DNA of 64,000 nucleotides from an uncultured virus (IMG/VR IMGVR_UViG_3300021142_000017) (lineage: Duplodnaviria; Heunggongvirae; Uroviricota; Caudoviricetes), in the IMG/VR virus record IMGVR_UViG_3300021142_000017; one strand, given 5' to 3'. Shown piece by piece: positions 1 to 9,943 of the stretch. Numbering within the stretch: position 1 is the stretch's first letter; the number at the start of each line of letters is the position of its first letter. The notes beneath the pieces were generated by a model that saw only the letters and a list, made by a program, of their open reading frames with translations, was not told where the DNA came from and did not search any database. The position numbers were made by a program, and so were the translations under genes.

Positions 1-1110
1 GTTAGTAAAGAGTGAAGTTCCAACACCGCCGTTGGCTCCAACTCCTGCAGTTCCAGTTCCTCCAACACCGCCTGCTCCACCGCCACCTCCACCACCGTTG
101 TTGGCTCCACCTCCACCAGCATTTCCATAACCAATGGCACTGGCACCCGTGTACGAGCCTATAGTTGCTGAACCACCAGTTGAAGATGTGCCAACACCGC
201 CACCTCCAGAACCACCAGAACCACCGTTATTTGTAGGCGCTACTCCAGCACCTCCACCATAAGCAGTTATAACACCAAAAGAAGAGTTTCCACCCACAGA
301 ACCACTGTTACTGCCAGAAGCACCTGCTGCTCCACCAGAACCAACAGTTGCAGAATATGTAGTTCCTGCATTCATTGGGTAAAGGTTAGAGTAAACAACG
401 CCTCCAGCACCGCCGCCTGCGGAAGTGTTGTTGCTTGCACCGCCACCTCCTCCGCCTCCACCTATTACTAACACTTCGGCATTTCTAATTTGTTCTGTTG
501 GCGAAAATGTTCCAGAAGAAGTAAAGGTGTGATACACATAGTTACCAGAACCAGTAACAGTTCCACCAGTTGCTCTAGCACCTGAGCCAATACCGTAAAG
601 AGTAAATGTAGAACCCGCAACAAAGTTTCCTGAGCTAGCTAAAATATCTAAACGAGTTATTGGTTCAGCAACTGAATAAAGGAAGGCACTTAAGAAGGTT
701 AATGCCGTTGTTCCATTGTTCTCAGTAACCATATCAAAACTAGCTGATTTATAGTTGCTACTTGTATAGTTTGGTATATAAATTTCACTACTTGAAAAAG
801 TATTAGCAGTATCACTAGCATTTGTTGAGCCTGGAGCTCTCCAAATAGTTTCTGGTCCCGCTGAACTAGATGCAGCTGAAGCTCCATTTCCATATAAGTA
901 TCTAGAAGAATGGTAATTTCCTGTGTTGTTATTTATTCTTAAATAGTGAGTTTGAGCACCAGTAACACCAATATCAGAGTTTGTAGTATCTCCTCTAACA
1001 CTGCTTACAAGTTTTAAATCTGTATAATTTTGCGGAATATTAGAAAAGGTAATTAAAGATGCGGTTGAAGAGAGAGTAAAAGTCTGTATAGCAGAGTATG
1101 TTTTAGCCAT
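1..1110 (-). CDS. Glycine-rich tail fibre/virion protein, type C, copy 2 (3' end runs off the window)
   Basis: ATG at 1110 overlaps the upstream stop (TAATG). Reads MAKTYSAIQTFTL...FSNIPQNYTDL...EIYIPNYTSSNYKS...YVYHTFTSSG...GGGGGG; paralog of 3928-5298. Not in the ORF track. Confidence 0.8.
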   Translation of the reverse strand, partial: MAKTYSAIQTFTLSSTASLITFSNIPQNYTDLKLVSSVRGDTTNSDIGVTGAQTHYLRINNNTGNYHSSRYLYGNGASAASSSAGPETIWRAPGSTNASDTANTFSSSEIYIPNYTSSNYKSASFDMVTENNGTTALTFLSAFLYSVAEPITRLDILASSGNFVAGSTFTLYGIGSGARATGGTVTGSGNYVYHTFTSSGTFSPTEQIRNAEVLVIGGGGGGGGASNNTSAGGGAGGVVYSNLYPMNAGTTYSATVGSGGAAGASGSNSGSVGGNSSFGVITAYGGGAGVAPTNNGGSGGSGGGGVGTSSTGGSATIGSYTGASAIGYGNAGGGGANNGGGGGGGAGGVGGTGTAGVGANGGVGTSLFTN

Positions 1111-2513
1111 TAAGATGTATACCTAACTACTATAAGTCCTGAAGCACCGCCGCCTCCACCAGTGTTACTCTCTTGAGAACCGCCGCCTCCACCAGAACCA
1201 GTGTTAGTCCATGCATTTCCACCTGAAGTGTTTCCACGAACTCCGCCAATTCCTCCGCCTCCAGAGCCTCCAGGTCCACCGTTAGTCAAAGTTCCGCTGA
1301 TATAGTTTTGACCGCCACCACCGCCACCTGCAATATACCCACCAAACCCTAGATTAGTAGTTATAAACATCGTGGATAATGAACCCCAGTTAGTAACTGA
1401 GTTTGTACCCGCACCACCAGAACCTCCTGTGTTTACTGTTCCAGCACTGGCTGCACCGCCAGCACCACCGCCACCACCGCCAGAGCCTTTGCTTGGGTAG
1501 TTATCTTGTTGGGTAACGCCGCCAGAACCGTTATTACCTTGTCCAGATGTTCCTGTACCTCCACTACCAGCACCTGAAGTACCTGATTGTCCACCACCAC
1601 CAGAACCACCATTACCACCAGTTTGACCGCTAGAACCACCTATACCAGCACCATAACCTCCTCCAGTTGGGGCGGTAAGCGCTGCAAACTGAGAGTTATT
1701 TCCAGCAATACCATTGTAAGAGTAAGTGTAAGAACCACCAGCTCCACCTGCACCGATATTGCAAGTGTACGAAGTTCCCGCTGTTAAAGATTGAGATGAA
1801 AAAGCAAGAACACCACCAGCTCCACCACCGCCAGAGAAGTACCCACTACCACCGCCACCACCACCAGAAACAACTAATACATCTGCTGTAAGTGCTACTG
1901 CAGGTATAAATGCTCCTGTTGTTTTAAATGCGTGGTAAGTATACGTACCATCAGTAGCAATAACATCCCCACCAAATGCTTTTGTAGGAATAATAGAAGT
2001 TACATCAGCAGCTTTAATGCCGTAGAGGGAGAAGGTTGAGCCAGCCGCATAAGAAACAGAACCAACGCCAATGTTTACGCTAAGAGAAGTTATTGCAGAA
2101 GTTCCACGCCATAAACCAACATTTGCTTGAGTAACAGTATCAGCAGATATTCTATTTAGAACAGTTTTATATGTTGATGTATTTGCATAATTCATAATAG
2201 AGGAAATTATGGTAGTAAAATTGGTAGTAGATAATGATATTGTTGCCATATATAGAGCAGTTTCATTAGAATTTCTACTGCTTGTGGCAGATGAGCCATC
2301 TCCTATAAGATTTGTTCTACTGTAATTTGATGCTGTATCAGAATTAAAATTTAATGCGGCATAGGTACCACCACTTGCAGATGCTTTTGCCTGAACAACC
2401 AACACCAAATCCGTATAGCCCTGCGGAATATTGTTAAAGGTTACAGAAGAAGTAGCTGAGCCCAATGTTTGAGTAGCAATAAAGTTATATGTAGATGCGC
2501 CTATGGTACTCAT
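1110..2513 (-). CDS. Glycine-rich tail fibre/virion protein, type B, copy 2
   Basis: N-terminal beta-rich domain (FNNIPQGYTDL...LYGI) plus Gly-rich domain (YHAF...GGGGG...SGLIVVRY); paralog of 5298-6644. Confidence 0.8.
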   Translation of the reverse strand: MSTIGASTYNFIATQTLGSATSSVTFNNIPQGYTDLVLVVQAKASASGGTYAALNFNSDTASNYSRTNLIGDGSSATSSRNSNETALYMATISLSTTNFTTIISSIMNYANTSTYKTVLNRISADTVTQANVGLWRGTSAITSLSVNIGVGSVSYAAGSTFSLYGIKAADVTSIIPTKAFGGDVIATDGTYTYHAFKTTGAFIPAVALTADVLVVSGGGGGGSGYFSGGGGAGGVLAFSSQSLTAGTSYTCNIGAGGAGGSYTYSYNGIAGNNSQFAALTAPTGGGYGAGIGGSSGQTGGNGGSGGGGQSGTSGAGSGGTGTSGQGNNGSGGVTQQDNYPSKGSGGGGGGAGGAASAGTVNTGGSGGAGTNSVTNWGSLSTMFITTNLGFGGYIAGGGGGGQNYISGTLTNGGPGGSGGGGIGGVRGNTSGGNAWTNTGSGGGGGSQESNTGGGGGASGLIVVRYTS

Positions 2514-3094
2514 GAGGCCGCCTTAATCCCATAAAGAGCGAAGGATGAGTACTGAACAAAATTTGCACTATTGTAAGTAGTGAATTGCAAAGAAGTTATA
2601 GCATTTGTATTCATCCAAAGAATAGAGTTAAAATCAATCTCACCGCTACCATTTGAATCATAACCACCTAAAGAACGAATAGTTTTATTTTTATTTGCAT
2701 TAGCGTAGTCAAGAATATCTACAATAAATGTTGCCATTATTGTTGAACTGTTAGATATTTTTCCTAAATTTGTAATAGTAGAACCAGTTGATGCTGCAGC
2801 AGTAACTGAACCCCCATCGGCATAAAGTAAATGCCTTGCATAATTAGACCCAGTAGTATCTGAATTAACTTTTAAATTAGCAAAATCAGGAGCAGATGAG
2901 CTAGAACAAATAGCACGAACTTGCAAATGAGTAAAAGTGCTAGGGATGTTAGAGAACGTTACAGATGATTGACCGCCAGAAGGAACAACTACAGTAGCAA
3001 TAGATTGAAAGTCATTAAGAGTAGTGGTTTGGTCCCACACTTTGTTGGACTTGCTGCCATATATGCCAGCACCATTTAATCTCTTAATAGACAC
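2510..3094 (-). CDS. Short fibre-associated protein, type A, copy 2
   Basis: FSNIPSTFTHLQVR...VDILDYAN.NK.KT...FALYGIK; paralog of 6645-7244. Confidence 0.75.
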   Translation of the reverse strand: MSIKRLNGAGIYGSKSNKVWDQTTTLNDFQSIATVVVPSGGQSSVTFSNIPSTFTHLQVRAICSSSSAPDFANLKVNSDTTGSNYARHLLYADGGSVTAAASTGSTITNLGKISNSSTIMATFIVDILDYANANKNKTIRSLGGYDSNGSGEIDFNSILWMNTNAITSLQFTTYNSANFVQYSSFALYGIKAAS

Positions 3095-3121
3095 GTTGTT
3101 GCTCCTTTAGGGGGGCGAAAA

Positions 3122-3358
3122 TTAAATAACTAGAACAGCTGCTTCTTCTGCTGTTAAAGGTGTTCCTGCAATAAGTTTTGCCTTTGCAGACTCTTTAAGA
3201 GCAGCAATACTTGCAGCTTCTGCATCAGCAGCAGCCTTAGCGTCTGCAGCGGCAGCAGCATCTTGGTCACGCTGTGCGATTTCAGCTGCGGTTAGAGGAA
3301 GAACAACTTGTTCTCCTGTAGCGCAGTCAACGATAATTTTTGTAGGTGTATCAGACAT
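3122..3358 (-). CDS. Small fibre-associated protein (possible chaperone)
   Basis: Start at MSDTPTKII coupled by TAATG overlap; Ala-rich helix; sits between fibre genes. Confidence 0.6.
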   Translation of the reverse strand: MSDTPTKIIVDCATGEQVVLPLTAAEIAQRDQDAAAAADAKAAADAEAASIAALKESAKAKLIAGTPLTAEEAAVLVI

Positions 3359-3726
3359 TAGATAACTTCCTTCCATGAAGTTGTTGACTCATCCCAACTG
3401 TATTTCTTGTCATCTGCGGGCATTGGTGTTGGGGCATCCCACAAACAAGTAGTTGCATTAAGTGTCCATGATGCAAATGGCTTTGGTGGAATGAAGGCAT
3501 CTTTAGCGGCATCAAATGTGTAACCGATACCAGCATAGTTTTTGCGGTAAGGAGTTCCACCGTTAAGGTGCTCTCCACCCACTGTGTTGTAACTAGTCTT
3601 CTTCCAAACTCCGCCAAGACCTAAATCATCAGCCAAGTACTCTTGACCGCGGTCTTCTTGTGAATCTGGTACGACTAGTACGCGAGTGACGATATTGTCA
3701 CTATTAAGCTCGGCAAAATGTGCCAT
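3358..3726 (-). CDS. Fibre-associated conserved phage protein (possible assembly chaperone)
   Basis: MAHFAEL...RKNYAGIGY...PPKPFASW...WDAP; AAGGAG RBS. Confidence 0.65.
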   Translation of the reverse strand: MAHFAELNSDNIVTRVLVVPDSQEDRGQEYLADDLGLGGVWKKTSYNTVGGEHLNGGTPYRKNYAGIGYTFDAAKDAFIPPKPFASWTLNATTCLWDAPTPMPADDKKYSWDESTTSWKEVI

Positions 3727-3735
3727 TTTTACTCC

Positions 3736-3909
3736 TTAGTTCAATCCACTATACAATGAAATAGTATCCTTTAAAACGGTTTCCCGCTTGGTAACGTAGC
3801 CACCATCTTTATCCAATTTGGCTTGGGCGCTATCTTCATCCTCAGCGAGGACCTGAATAAGCATCGTTACCTCGTAAGTATAACAATTTGTAGCTTCACT
3901 AGTTGACAT
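3736..3909 (-). CDS. Small hypothetical protein (57 aa)
   Basis: MSTSEATNCYTYEVTMLIQVLAEDEDSAQAKLDKDGGYVTKR...; GGAG RBS; fills the gap; below the ORF-track cutoff. Confidence 0.6.
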   Translation of the reverse strand: MSTSEATNCYTYEVTMLIQVLAEDEDSAQAKLDKDGGYVTKRETVLKDTISLYSGLN

Positions 3910-3927
3910 TTTTATGCTCCGTTTTCT

Positions 3928-5298
3928 TTATGCTTTGTAACGAACTATGATAAGTCCTGAGCCTCCAGGCTGTCCAACGTATGATGATAAACGGTACTCT
4001 CCACCACCACCGCCTGAGCCTGAGTTTGTTAGGCCAGCAGTTGCATATTGTGTTGAATAATATGATGCGCCAATTCCGCCACCACCAAGACCACCAGATG
4101 CAGCAGGCCAACCATCAGAGCCTGAACCGCCACCTCCACCAGCGATGTAGCCATTAACACCTAGTGAGGTAGCAGAAAGCCACTGTGACCAAGTATTTAA
4201 CCCATTTCCTCCAGCACCAGAAACTGAAGAAGTTCCATTTCCTCCAACAGCACCAGCACCGCCACCGCCACCGCCAACAAACGAAGGTGAATTATAAGAA
4301 GTTCCACCAGCGTTACCGTAACCACCTGTTTGTGTTGAAGAGCCGCCAACACCAGTATAAGTTGGGTTATAAATTGCGCCACCACCACCTGAACCACCGC
4401 TAGCACCTGCATTGGCTGCTAAAGAAGAGCTGCTGGCAATACCTCCGTAACCACCGCCAATAGCAGTAGTTAGTGCTCCAAAAACAGAATTAACGCCGTT
4501 AGTGTTTTTTGCTCCACCAGAACCTACAGTTGCTACATAGGAAGTTCCTGGCAATAAGTTTTGAAAAGGAAGAACAACCACACCTCCAGCACCGCCACCT
4601 CCGTTGTTGCCTGCAGAACCGTCTCCGCCACCACCGCCGCCCGCAACTACAAGAACATCTGCTAGTAAGCTAGTAGTAGGTTGAAAAGCGCCTGTAGAGG
4701 TAAAAGTATGATAAATATAAGTACCATCAAAGGTAATAGTTCCACCAGTAGCTTTGATAGAGTTTCCAACTGCAGTTCTAAATGCTTTTACTCCGTATAG
4801 AGTAAACTCTGAGTATTGAACAAAATTAGTTGAACCTAAATCGTAAAGTTTGATGCTTGTAATTGCAGATGTTGATTGCCATAAATTAGCAACTAGGTTT
4901 TGATTTGCGGTTGTTGCGTTATTTTCAGTTACGCTATCAGCGGATGTTGACTTGTAATTAGAGCTTGTATAATTTGGTATGTAAATCTCACCATTGCTAA
5001 AAGTGTTGCCAGTTGCAGATGCGCCAGTTAATTGCCCACCAAATTGAAACGCAGTAGTTCCTGAATTAGAAAAGGTTGATGAGCCATTGCCACCTAATTG
5101 AAGATACTTGTAGTTTGAACCAGTATCGCCATTAAACTGAATACCCAAGCCATCGGGTGCTACTGATGAAGCAGTTACTCTTGCAGAGTACTTAACAATT
5201 AAATCAGTATAGTTCTGAGGAATGTTAGAAAAAGTAACAGAAGAAACCCCACCAGCACCTACGGTGATAGTCTGTAGTTTAGTTAATGTTTCATTCAT
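3928..5298 (-). CDS. Glycine-rich tail fibre/virion protein, type C, copy 1
   Basis: EIYIPNYTSSNYKS motif, Gly-rich domain, C-terminal SGLIIVRY. Confidence 0.8.
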   Translation of the reverse strand: MNETLTKLQTITVGAGGVSSVTFSNIPQNYTDLIVKYSARVTASSVAPDGLGIQFNGDTGSNYKYLQLGGNGSSTFSNSGTTAFQFGGQLTGASATGNTFSNGEIYIPNYTSSNYKSTSADSVTENNATTANQNLVANLWQSTSAITSIKLYDLGSTNFVQYSEFTLYGVKAFRTAVGNSIKATGGTITFDGTYIYHTFTSTGAFQPTTSLLADVLVVAGGGGGGDGSAGNNGGGGAGGVVVLPFQNLLPGTSYVATVGSGGAKNTNGVNSVFGALTTAIGGGYGGIASSSSLAANAGASGGSGGGGAIYNPTYTGVGGSSTQTGGYGNAGGTSYNSPSFVGGGGGGAGAVGGNGTSSVSGAGGNGLNTWSQWLSATSLGVNGYIAGGGGGSGSDGWPAASGGLGGGGIGASYYSTQYATAGLTNSGSGGGGGEYRLSSYVGQPGGSGLIIVRYKA

Positions 5299-6644
5299 TA
5301 GCGTGGGTACCTCACAATAATAATTCCTGAACCGCCTTGTGCGCCAGCACCAGTCCCTGAAGTTCCAGAGCTGCTTGCTCCTCCTCCGCCTCCGCCGCCT
5401 GTGTTTGTTTTTCCCGCAAAACCAAGACTTGTACCTGTAATAGCTCCGCTACCACCGCCACCTAAACCGCTATTACCACCAGCAACAAAGGCTGCAGCTC
5501 CACCGCCGCCAGCATAGTAATAATGTCCACTTGAAAATTCACCAGTAGAAGTTGCCGCTCCCATTGCATCAATAAACGCAAATGGACCAGTACTAGTTCC
5601 AGTACCAACAGAAGTATTGTAAGTAGCACCAATACCACCAGCAGAAGAAGGAGTATAGCTTCCTATATTACCCAATCCACCAGCACCACCACCGCCACCG
5701 TAAACTCCAGCGTAACCTTGACCAGATGTACCAGCACCCCCACCCGAAGTTCCGCTAGCACTACCTCCACCAGAACCACCCGCGCTACCAGGAAGAGAGT
5801 TACTATTTCCAGAAGCACCGCCACCACCACCGCCAACTGCTGCTGTTAATGCGCCAAATTGTGAGTTAGAACCATTGTTACCATTAGCGCCATTGTACGA
5901 AACACTGTTTCCACCACCGCCTGCGCCAACCACTACAGCGTAAGAAGTACCTGCAGTTAGAGATTGAGAAGAAAGTCCTACTAAACCTCCTGCTCCTCCG
6001 CCTGCTCCTGAGTAGGAACCGCCACCTGCACCGCCACCAGCTACTACTAAAAGGTCAGCAGTCATGTTGTTAAGCGGAGTAAATGTTCCAGAAGCTGTAA
6101 AGGTATGATAAACGTAAGAAGAATCATAAGAAATACTTGTTCCACCAGCGGCAAATGGATTAGTCATTGCTGCTACACCTATTCCATAAAGGTCAAAGGT
6201 AGAACCAGTTAAAAAATTATTACCTGTTGTAGCAATTTTAATGCTGTTAATTGCAGCTGTACTTCTCCACAAACCAACTGAAGAATTAACTTGAGAAGAA
6301 CTATCGTTGCTTCGTGAAATGTTTGTTTTATATGTTGTAGTATTTGAGTAATTTTGAATTTGAATTATTGTCGTGATTTGGTTTGTTGAGATTGTGCCAA
6401 TTTGCAACAAAGAATTATTAGCAGAGCCAAGTGAACCAGTAGCAGACCCTGTTCCGTATAAAATAGTGTAGGAATAATTTGTTGCGGTATCGCCGTTGTA
6501 TTGAACTTTTAATGAATCTGCTCCTGCAGCTGTTCCATTAATAACCAACACTAAATCAGTATAATTTTGCGGTATGTTATTAAAATTAATAGTAGTAGAA
6601 CCACTAGTAAGTACTATAGATTGAATAGGTGTGTATGTAGCCAT
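5298..6644 (-). CDS. Glycine-rich tail fibre/virion protein, type B, copy 1
   Basis: MATYTPIQS...NIPQNYTDL, Gly-rich domain, SGIIIVRY. Confidence 0.8.
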   Translation of the reverse strand: MATYTPIQSIVLTSGSTTINFNNIPQNYTDLVLVINGTAAGADSLKVQYNGDTATNYSYTILYGTGSATGSLGSANNSLLQIGTISTNQITTIIQIQNYSNTTTYKTNISRSNDSSSQVNSSVGLWRSTAAINSIKIATTGNNFLTGSTFDLYGIGVAAMTNPFAAGGTSISYDSSYVYHTFTASGTFTPLNNMTADLLVVAGGGAGGGSYSGAGGGAGGLVGLSSQSLTAGTSYAVVVGAGGGGNSVSYNGANGNNGSNSQFGALTAAVGGGGGGASGNSNSLPGSAGGSGGGSASGTSGGGAGTSGQGYAGVYGGGGGAGGLGNIGSYTPSSAGGIGATYNTSVGTGTSTGPFAFIDAMGAATSTGEFSSGHYYYAGGGGAAAFVAGGNSGLGGGGSGAITGTSLGFAGKTNTGGGGGGGASSSGTSGTGAGAQGGSGIIIVRYPR

Positions 6645-7244
6645 TTACTTAATCCCATACAAAGCAAAGTTTGAGTTAGCAGCAAACGCTCCAGTATCGT
6701 AAACAAAAGTCATTGTGTTTATTGCACTTGTGTTTAACCAAACAGACGAATCTAAATCAATACGACCAGAGCCGTTAGCATCAAACCCTCCAAGCCAACG
6801 AACTGTTTTATATTTATTTGTATTTGTATAATCTAAAATGTCTACTATAAGACAACCAAAAATATTTGAATTAAATGAGTCATTAGCAACACGATTCATA
6901 TAAACCCATTTTCCACCACCGCCACCAGCAGCATATGTAGTAGAGCCGTCTCCATATAGGGCGTGTCCTGAATAATTAGTGCTTGAATAACTTGTATCGG
7001 TATTGAACTGCATACCTACAAAAGAACCCCCGCTATAAGTCCCTGTTTCATGAGCAAAAACTCTTAATTGAAGATGTGTATAGGTTTGAGGGATATTAGA
7101 AAATACAACACTAGATTGAGTAGAGGATAAAGTAATTCCACCAATTGGGTCCATACCAGCAACAGAAGTAGACTGGTCCCATATAGTCTGTTGCTTAGGG
7201 AACCCAGCCTGGATACTTTGCTTAGATAGACGACTAACTGCCAT
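6645..7244 (-). CDS. Short fibre-associated protein, type A, copy 1
   Basis: FSNIPQTYTHLQLR...VDILDYTNTNKYKT...FALYGIK. Confidence 0.75.
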   Translation of the reverse strand: MAVSRLSKQSIQAGFPKQQTIWDQSTSVAGMDPIGGITLSSTQSSVVFSNIPQTYTHLQLRVFAHETGTYSGGSFVGMQFNTDTSYSSTNYSGHALYGDGSTTYAAGGGGGKWVYMNRVANDSFNSNIFGCLIVDILDYTNTNKYKTVRWLGGFDANGSGRIDLDSSVWLNTSAINTMTFVYDTGAFAANSNFALYGIK

Positions 7245-7258
7245 GAGTTAGTTACTCC

Positions 7259-7627
7259 TTATGCTGAAAGTTCAGAACCGAATGCGGAAAATGAAAGTGT
7301 AGTTGCTGATGCGTTGATAGTAATGATATCAGTAGTCGCCAAGGTGATACCTAGTGTTAAGGCGATTGTATCGTTTCCCGCGATTGGAGTGCCATAGGCA
7401 ATGTAGTGGCGGGTATCAAGAGTCGCACCTGATGGGCGCACTGCAATGTTAAAGGTAGCTGCAGTTGAAGCCTGGTTGCAGATTGTGATTGTTGAGACCA
7501 CAGTTGCTGTTGAAGATGGGACTGTGTAAAGGTTGTAGTTGGTATTGGCGGCAGATAGTTGCTGAGCACCGTTTCCAGTGGCACCAGCCGCGCCTGTCAT
7601 ACCTAGAACTTTATATGTTGTTGCCAT
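7259..7627 (-). CDS. Virion structural protein
   Basis: Thr/Ala-rich beta protein (LYTVPS...STITICNQ...SFSAFGSE); AAGGAG RBS; heads the fibre operon. Confidence 0.65.
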   Translation of the reverse strand: MATTYKVLGMTGAAGATGNGAQQLSAANTNYNLYTVPSSTATVVSTITICNQASTAATFNIAVRPSGATLDTRHYIAYGTPIAGNDTIALTLGITLATTDIITINASATTLSFSAFGSELSA

Positions 7628-7652
7628 GGGACTCCTTAAAGGTGGTAGTTAA

Positions 7653-7687
7653 AGTATGCCCTATAGGGCTGGGTTTGTAGGGTTAAA
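7653..7687 (-). promoter_or_regulatory. Putative late promoter
   Basis: TTTAA-CCCTAC-18 nt-CATACT; same spacing as five other sites upstream of operons. Confidence 0.45.
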
Positions 7688-8935
7688 GCGTTCCTTATTA
7701 CGAGTAGCTAAAGCGGGGTTTACCCAGATTTGGTCTTCCATTTTACCGCCCCATTCGTGGGAAGTATCCACCAACGCAAACCCGTTAGAGCGCATAAAGT
7801 CAGCCACTTTATCCTTAGTAACGTGGTCGGGGTGCAGCTGTACACTCTCAGTTTCTATGTGAAATACCTTTACATCTTTTAGGCGCTCACCAAAGCCTTG
7901 AAGTACCTGCCAACTGTAACCTTCGGTATCAATCTTTACGACGTCAATAACACCAGCATCCCCAGTCTTTACAAGAAGAGTATCTACGCGACTTGTAGGT
8001 ACCGTAATCTCTTGTGTCTTTCCTTTATAGAAAGACGCTGGCGGGTCAATAGAAGTATCTTTGCTAAATATAGAAGAGGTACCTAAGATTTCAATGTTGG
8101 TATCAGTGACCTGTGTGAAGGTGGTCTCGCCATCTTTATCGGCAACTGCGCACTGGTAGGTGTGCATCCATGGATATTTATTTTTAGTAATTTGGTAGCA
8201 CTTAGGGTTAGCATCAACAGCGATTACTTTTGTACCTAGTAGCTCTTTATAGAGGTAGTTAGCGTCGTCCCCATCACGAGTTCCAATATCAATAATCAAT
8301 GGAGCTTTAGTTCCAAAGTATTTACGATAGTTGGTTACTACTGGCTCTAGAGGGTCAATCTCCTCTGAGGTATCGTCAATAGTCTTTAGGTTATTGTGAA
8401 TAGCGATTCTATAGATATGGTGAATATCTTCTTTTAATAGCTCTTTTAAGAGCTCTATAGATTCATCTTTACGTCCTACCCACCAACCACTAACCGCCTT
8501 TTCAAAACGCAAGCCGTACTCTCCTGGGTAGTCCACCCAAACAGGCAGATTGCTAAACTTCATTTGAGCAAATGAGATTCCAACTTCGGCTGTTGTGTAA
8601 GACTCTTGCCATTTCTGATTCCTCTCATACCAGCGAGCAAGAAGGAACCACGCCTCAGGGCGAGATGGTAGGTAAGCAATTGCTTTTAAATATAGATTAA
8701 CAACGGTGTTCTCTCTGTGCTTTTGACTAGAGAAACAGTGAGCTGATTTTAACAAAGAAGCGTAGACATACTCGGGATTAGAGTAGTATCCATATTCAGC
8801 TGTACGTAGGTAAAAGGAGACAGCAGAAGCGGTCTGACCAATGTTCTCGTACTCAGTAGCTATATTAAGGCTTAGTACTGGGTTAAAAGAATCGTTAGAT
8901 AGAGAAACAATAAGGCTATTAATTCTGTTATACAT
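7661..8935 (-). CDS. TPR-like domain fused to an FkbM-family SAM methyltransferase
   Basis: N-terminal helical repeats (KAIAYLPSRPEAWF); C-terminal IIDIGTRDG, VDANP and VVKIDTEG motifs. Confidence 0.75.
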   Translation of the reverse strand: MYNRINSLIVSLSNDSFNPVLSLNIATEYENIGQTASAVSFYLRTAEYGYYSNPEYVYASLLKSAHCFSSQKHRENTVVNLYLKAIAYLPSRPEAWFLLARWYERNQKWQESYTTAEVGISFAQMKFSNLPVWVDYPGEYGLRFEKAVSGWWVGRKDESIELLKELLKEDIHHIYRIAIHNNLKTIDDTSEEIDPLEPVVTNYRKYFGTKAPLIIDIGTRDGDDANYLYKELLGTKVIAVDANPKCYQITKNKYPWMHTYQCAVADKDGETTFTQVTDTNIEILGTSSIFSKDTSIDPPASFYKGKTQEITVPTSRVDTLLVKTGDAGVIDVVKIDTEGYSWQVLQGFGERLKDVKVFHIETESVQLHPDHVTKDKVADFMRSNGFALVDTSHEWGGKMEDQIWVNPALATRNKERFNPTNPAL

Positions 8936-9926
8936 TCATAGCCTCCGCAATCATAGAGTCTACAATTGTTGCTGGAACCTCTAAGACAAAAGCTGCGTTG
9001 TCTTGAAAACCAAAACTAATTAATAGTTTTTCATCGTGCGCAGCGGCTCCGCAGGCAAACTCAATTTGACCATCTAAAAACGACCAAGACTGTGGGGATA
9101 TACCAAGTAGGTTAAACTCTCTATCCCATACGCATAGGCGGTGGCGATAGGTTCCGTTCTTCTGTTTAAGATAGTTTTTGAAGAGGACAACCTCATGGGT
9201 AATGGCAATGTAGTAGTCTCCCCAAGAGACTAAATGAGAGCCGCCACGTTGGTCTGCGTTAACGACCTTACCTGGCTTTAATGAGACCTGCTCACACTTA
9301 GGCTCATCTGGGTTAGCTTTAACAAGCTCTGTAGGGGATGTCCACTTAATGTAATGAAAGTCTTTATCAATAACAGGCATCCAGTTTTTCTCACAATATG
9401 AATTTTCATCTATAGGGGCTGGTATACGAACACGGTTAACTTCTTTAGCGGTCCACGCTTCTTTGTCTACCTCTAATCTAGATAGCTCCATACGGCCTTG
9501 ACCATTGGTTGTAGTATCTCTACGAACACCTGTGGCGTAATATTCCCCGCCCCATTTAACTAGGCGAGCGTCTTCCAACCCTACAAATGTCCATATAGGT
9601 TTTACATCTAGAGTAGTTGTCTCAATAGGACAGCAATTGATAATGTTTAAATCTTTATCAAGGCGCAGAAGAAAGTTGTCTGTTACAAGTCTTTGGTCTT
9701 CTTCTGGATGCAAATAAGAAAGCGGTCCCCAAATACTTGGAAAGCGTTGATTGTTTTCAGCGTGATAGAGAGTGTAATTAATATGGCGCAAAATACAAAG
9801 TATTTCACCATCATCATCTATAAAGATAGATGGATTCATTAATCCAGTGCCGTTAGTTACTTCAGCGGGAATAATAAGGGGTCTTAATTTACCGCCCTGT
9901 TGTACCGACTTTTGCACCAAATTCAT
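8928..9926 (-). CDS. Predicted glycosidase/beta-propeller-like protein
   Basis: MNPSIF, GLEDARL, CEKNWMP, RGGS, IEFACG and SFGFQD motifs; leaderless start. Confidence 0.6.
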   Translation of the reverse strand: MNLVQKSVQQGGKLRPLIIPAEVTNGTGLMNPSIFIDDDGEILCILRHINYTLYHAENNQRFPSIWGPLSYLHPEEDQRLVTDNFLLRLDKDLNIINCCPIETTTLDVKPIWTFVGLEDARLVKWGGEYYATGVRRDTTTNGQGRMELSRLEVDKEAWTAKEVNRVRIPAPIDENSYCEKNWMPVIDKDFHYIKWTSPTELVKANPDEPKCEQVSLKPGKVVNADQRGGSHLVSWGDYYIAITHEVVLFKNYLKQKNGTYRHRLCVWDREFNLLGISPQSWSFLDGQIEFACGAAAHDEKLLISFGFQDNAAFVLEVPATIVDSMIAEAMNV

Positions 9927-9943
9927 TAGAGAAGTGTATCGTA

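Noticed and set aside
1..7244. Diversity-generating retroelement acting on the duplicated fibre genes
   Set aside because: No reverse transcriptase in the window; paralogs diverge throughout rather than at adenines only
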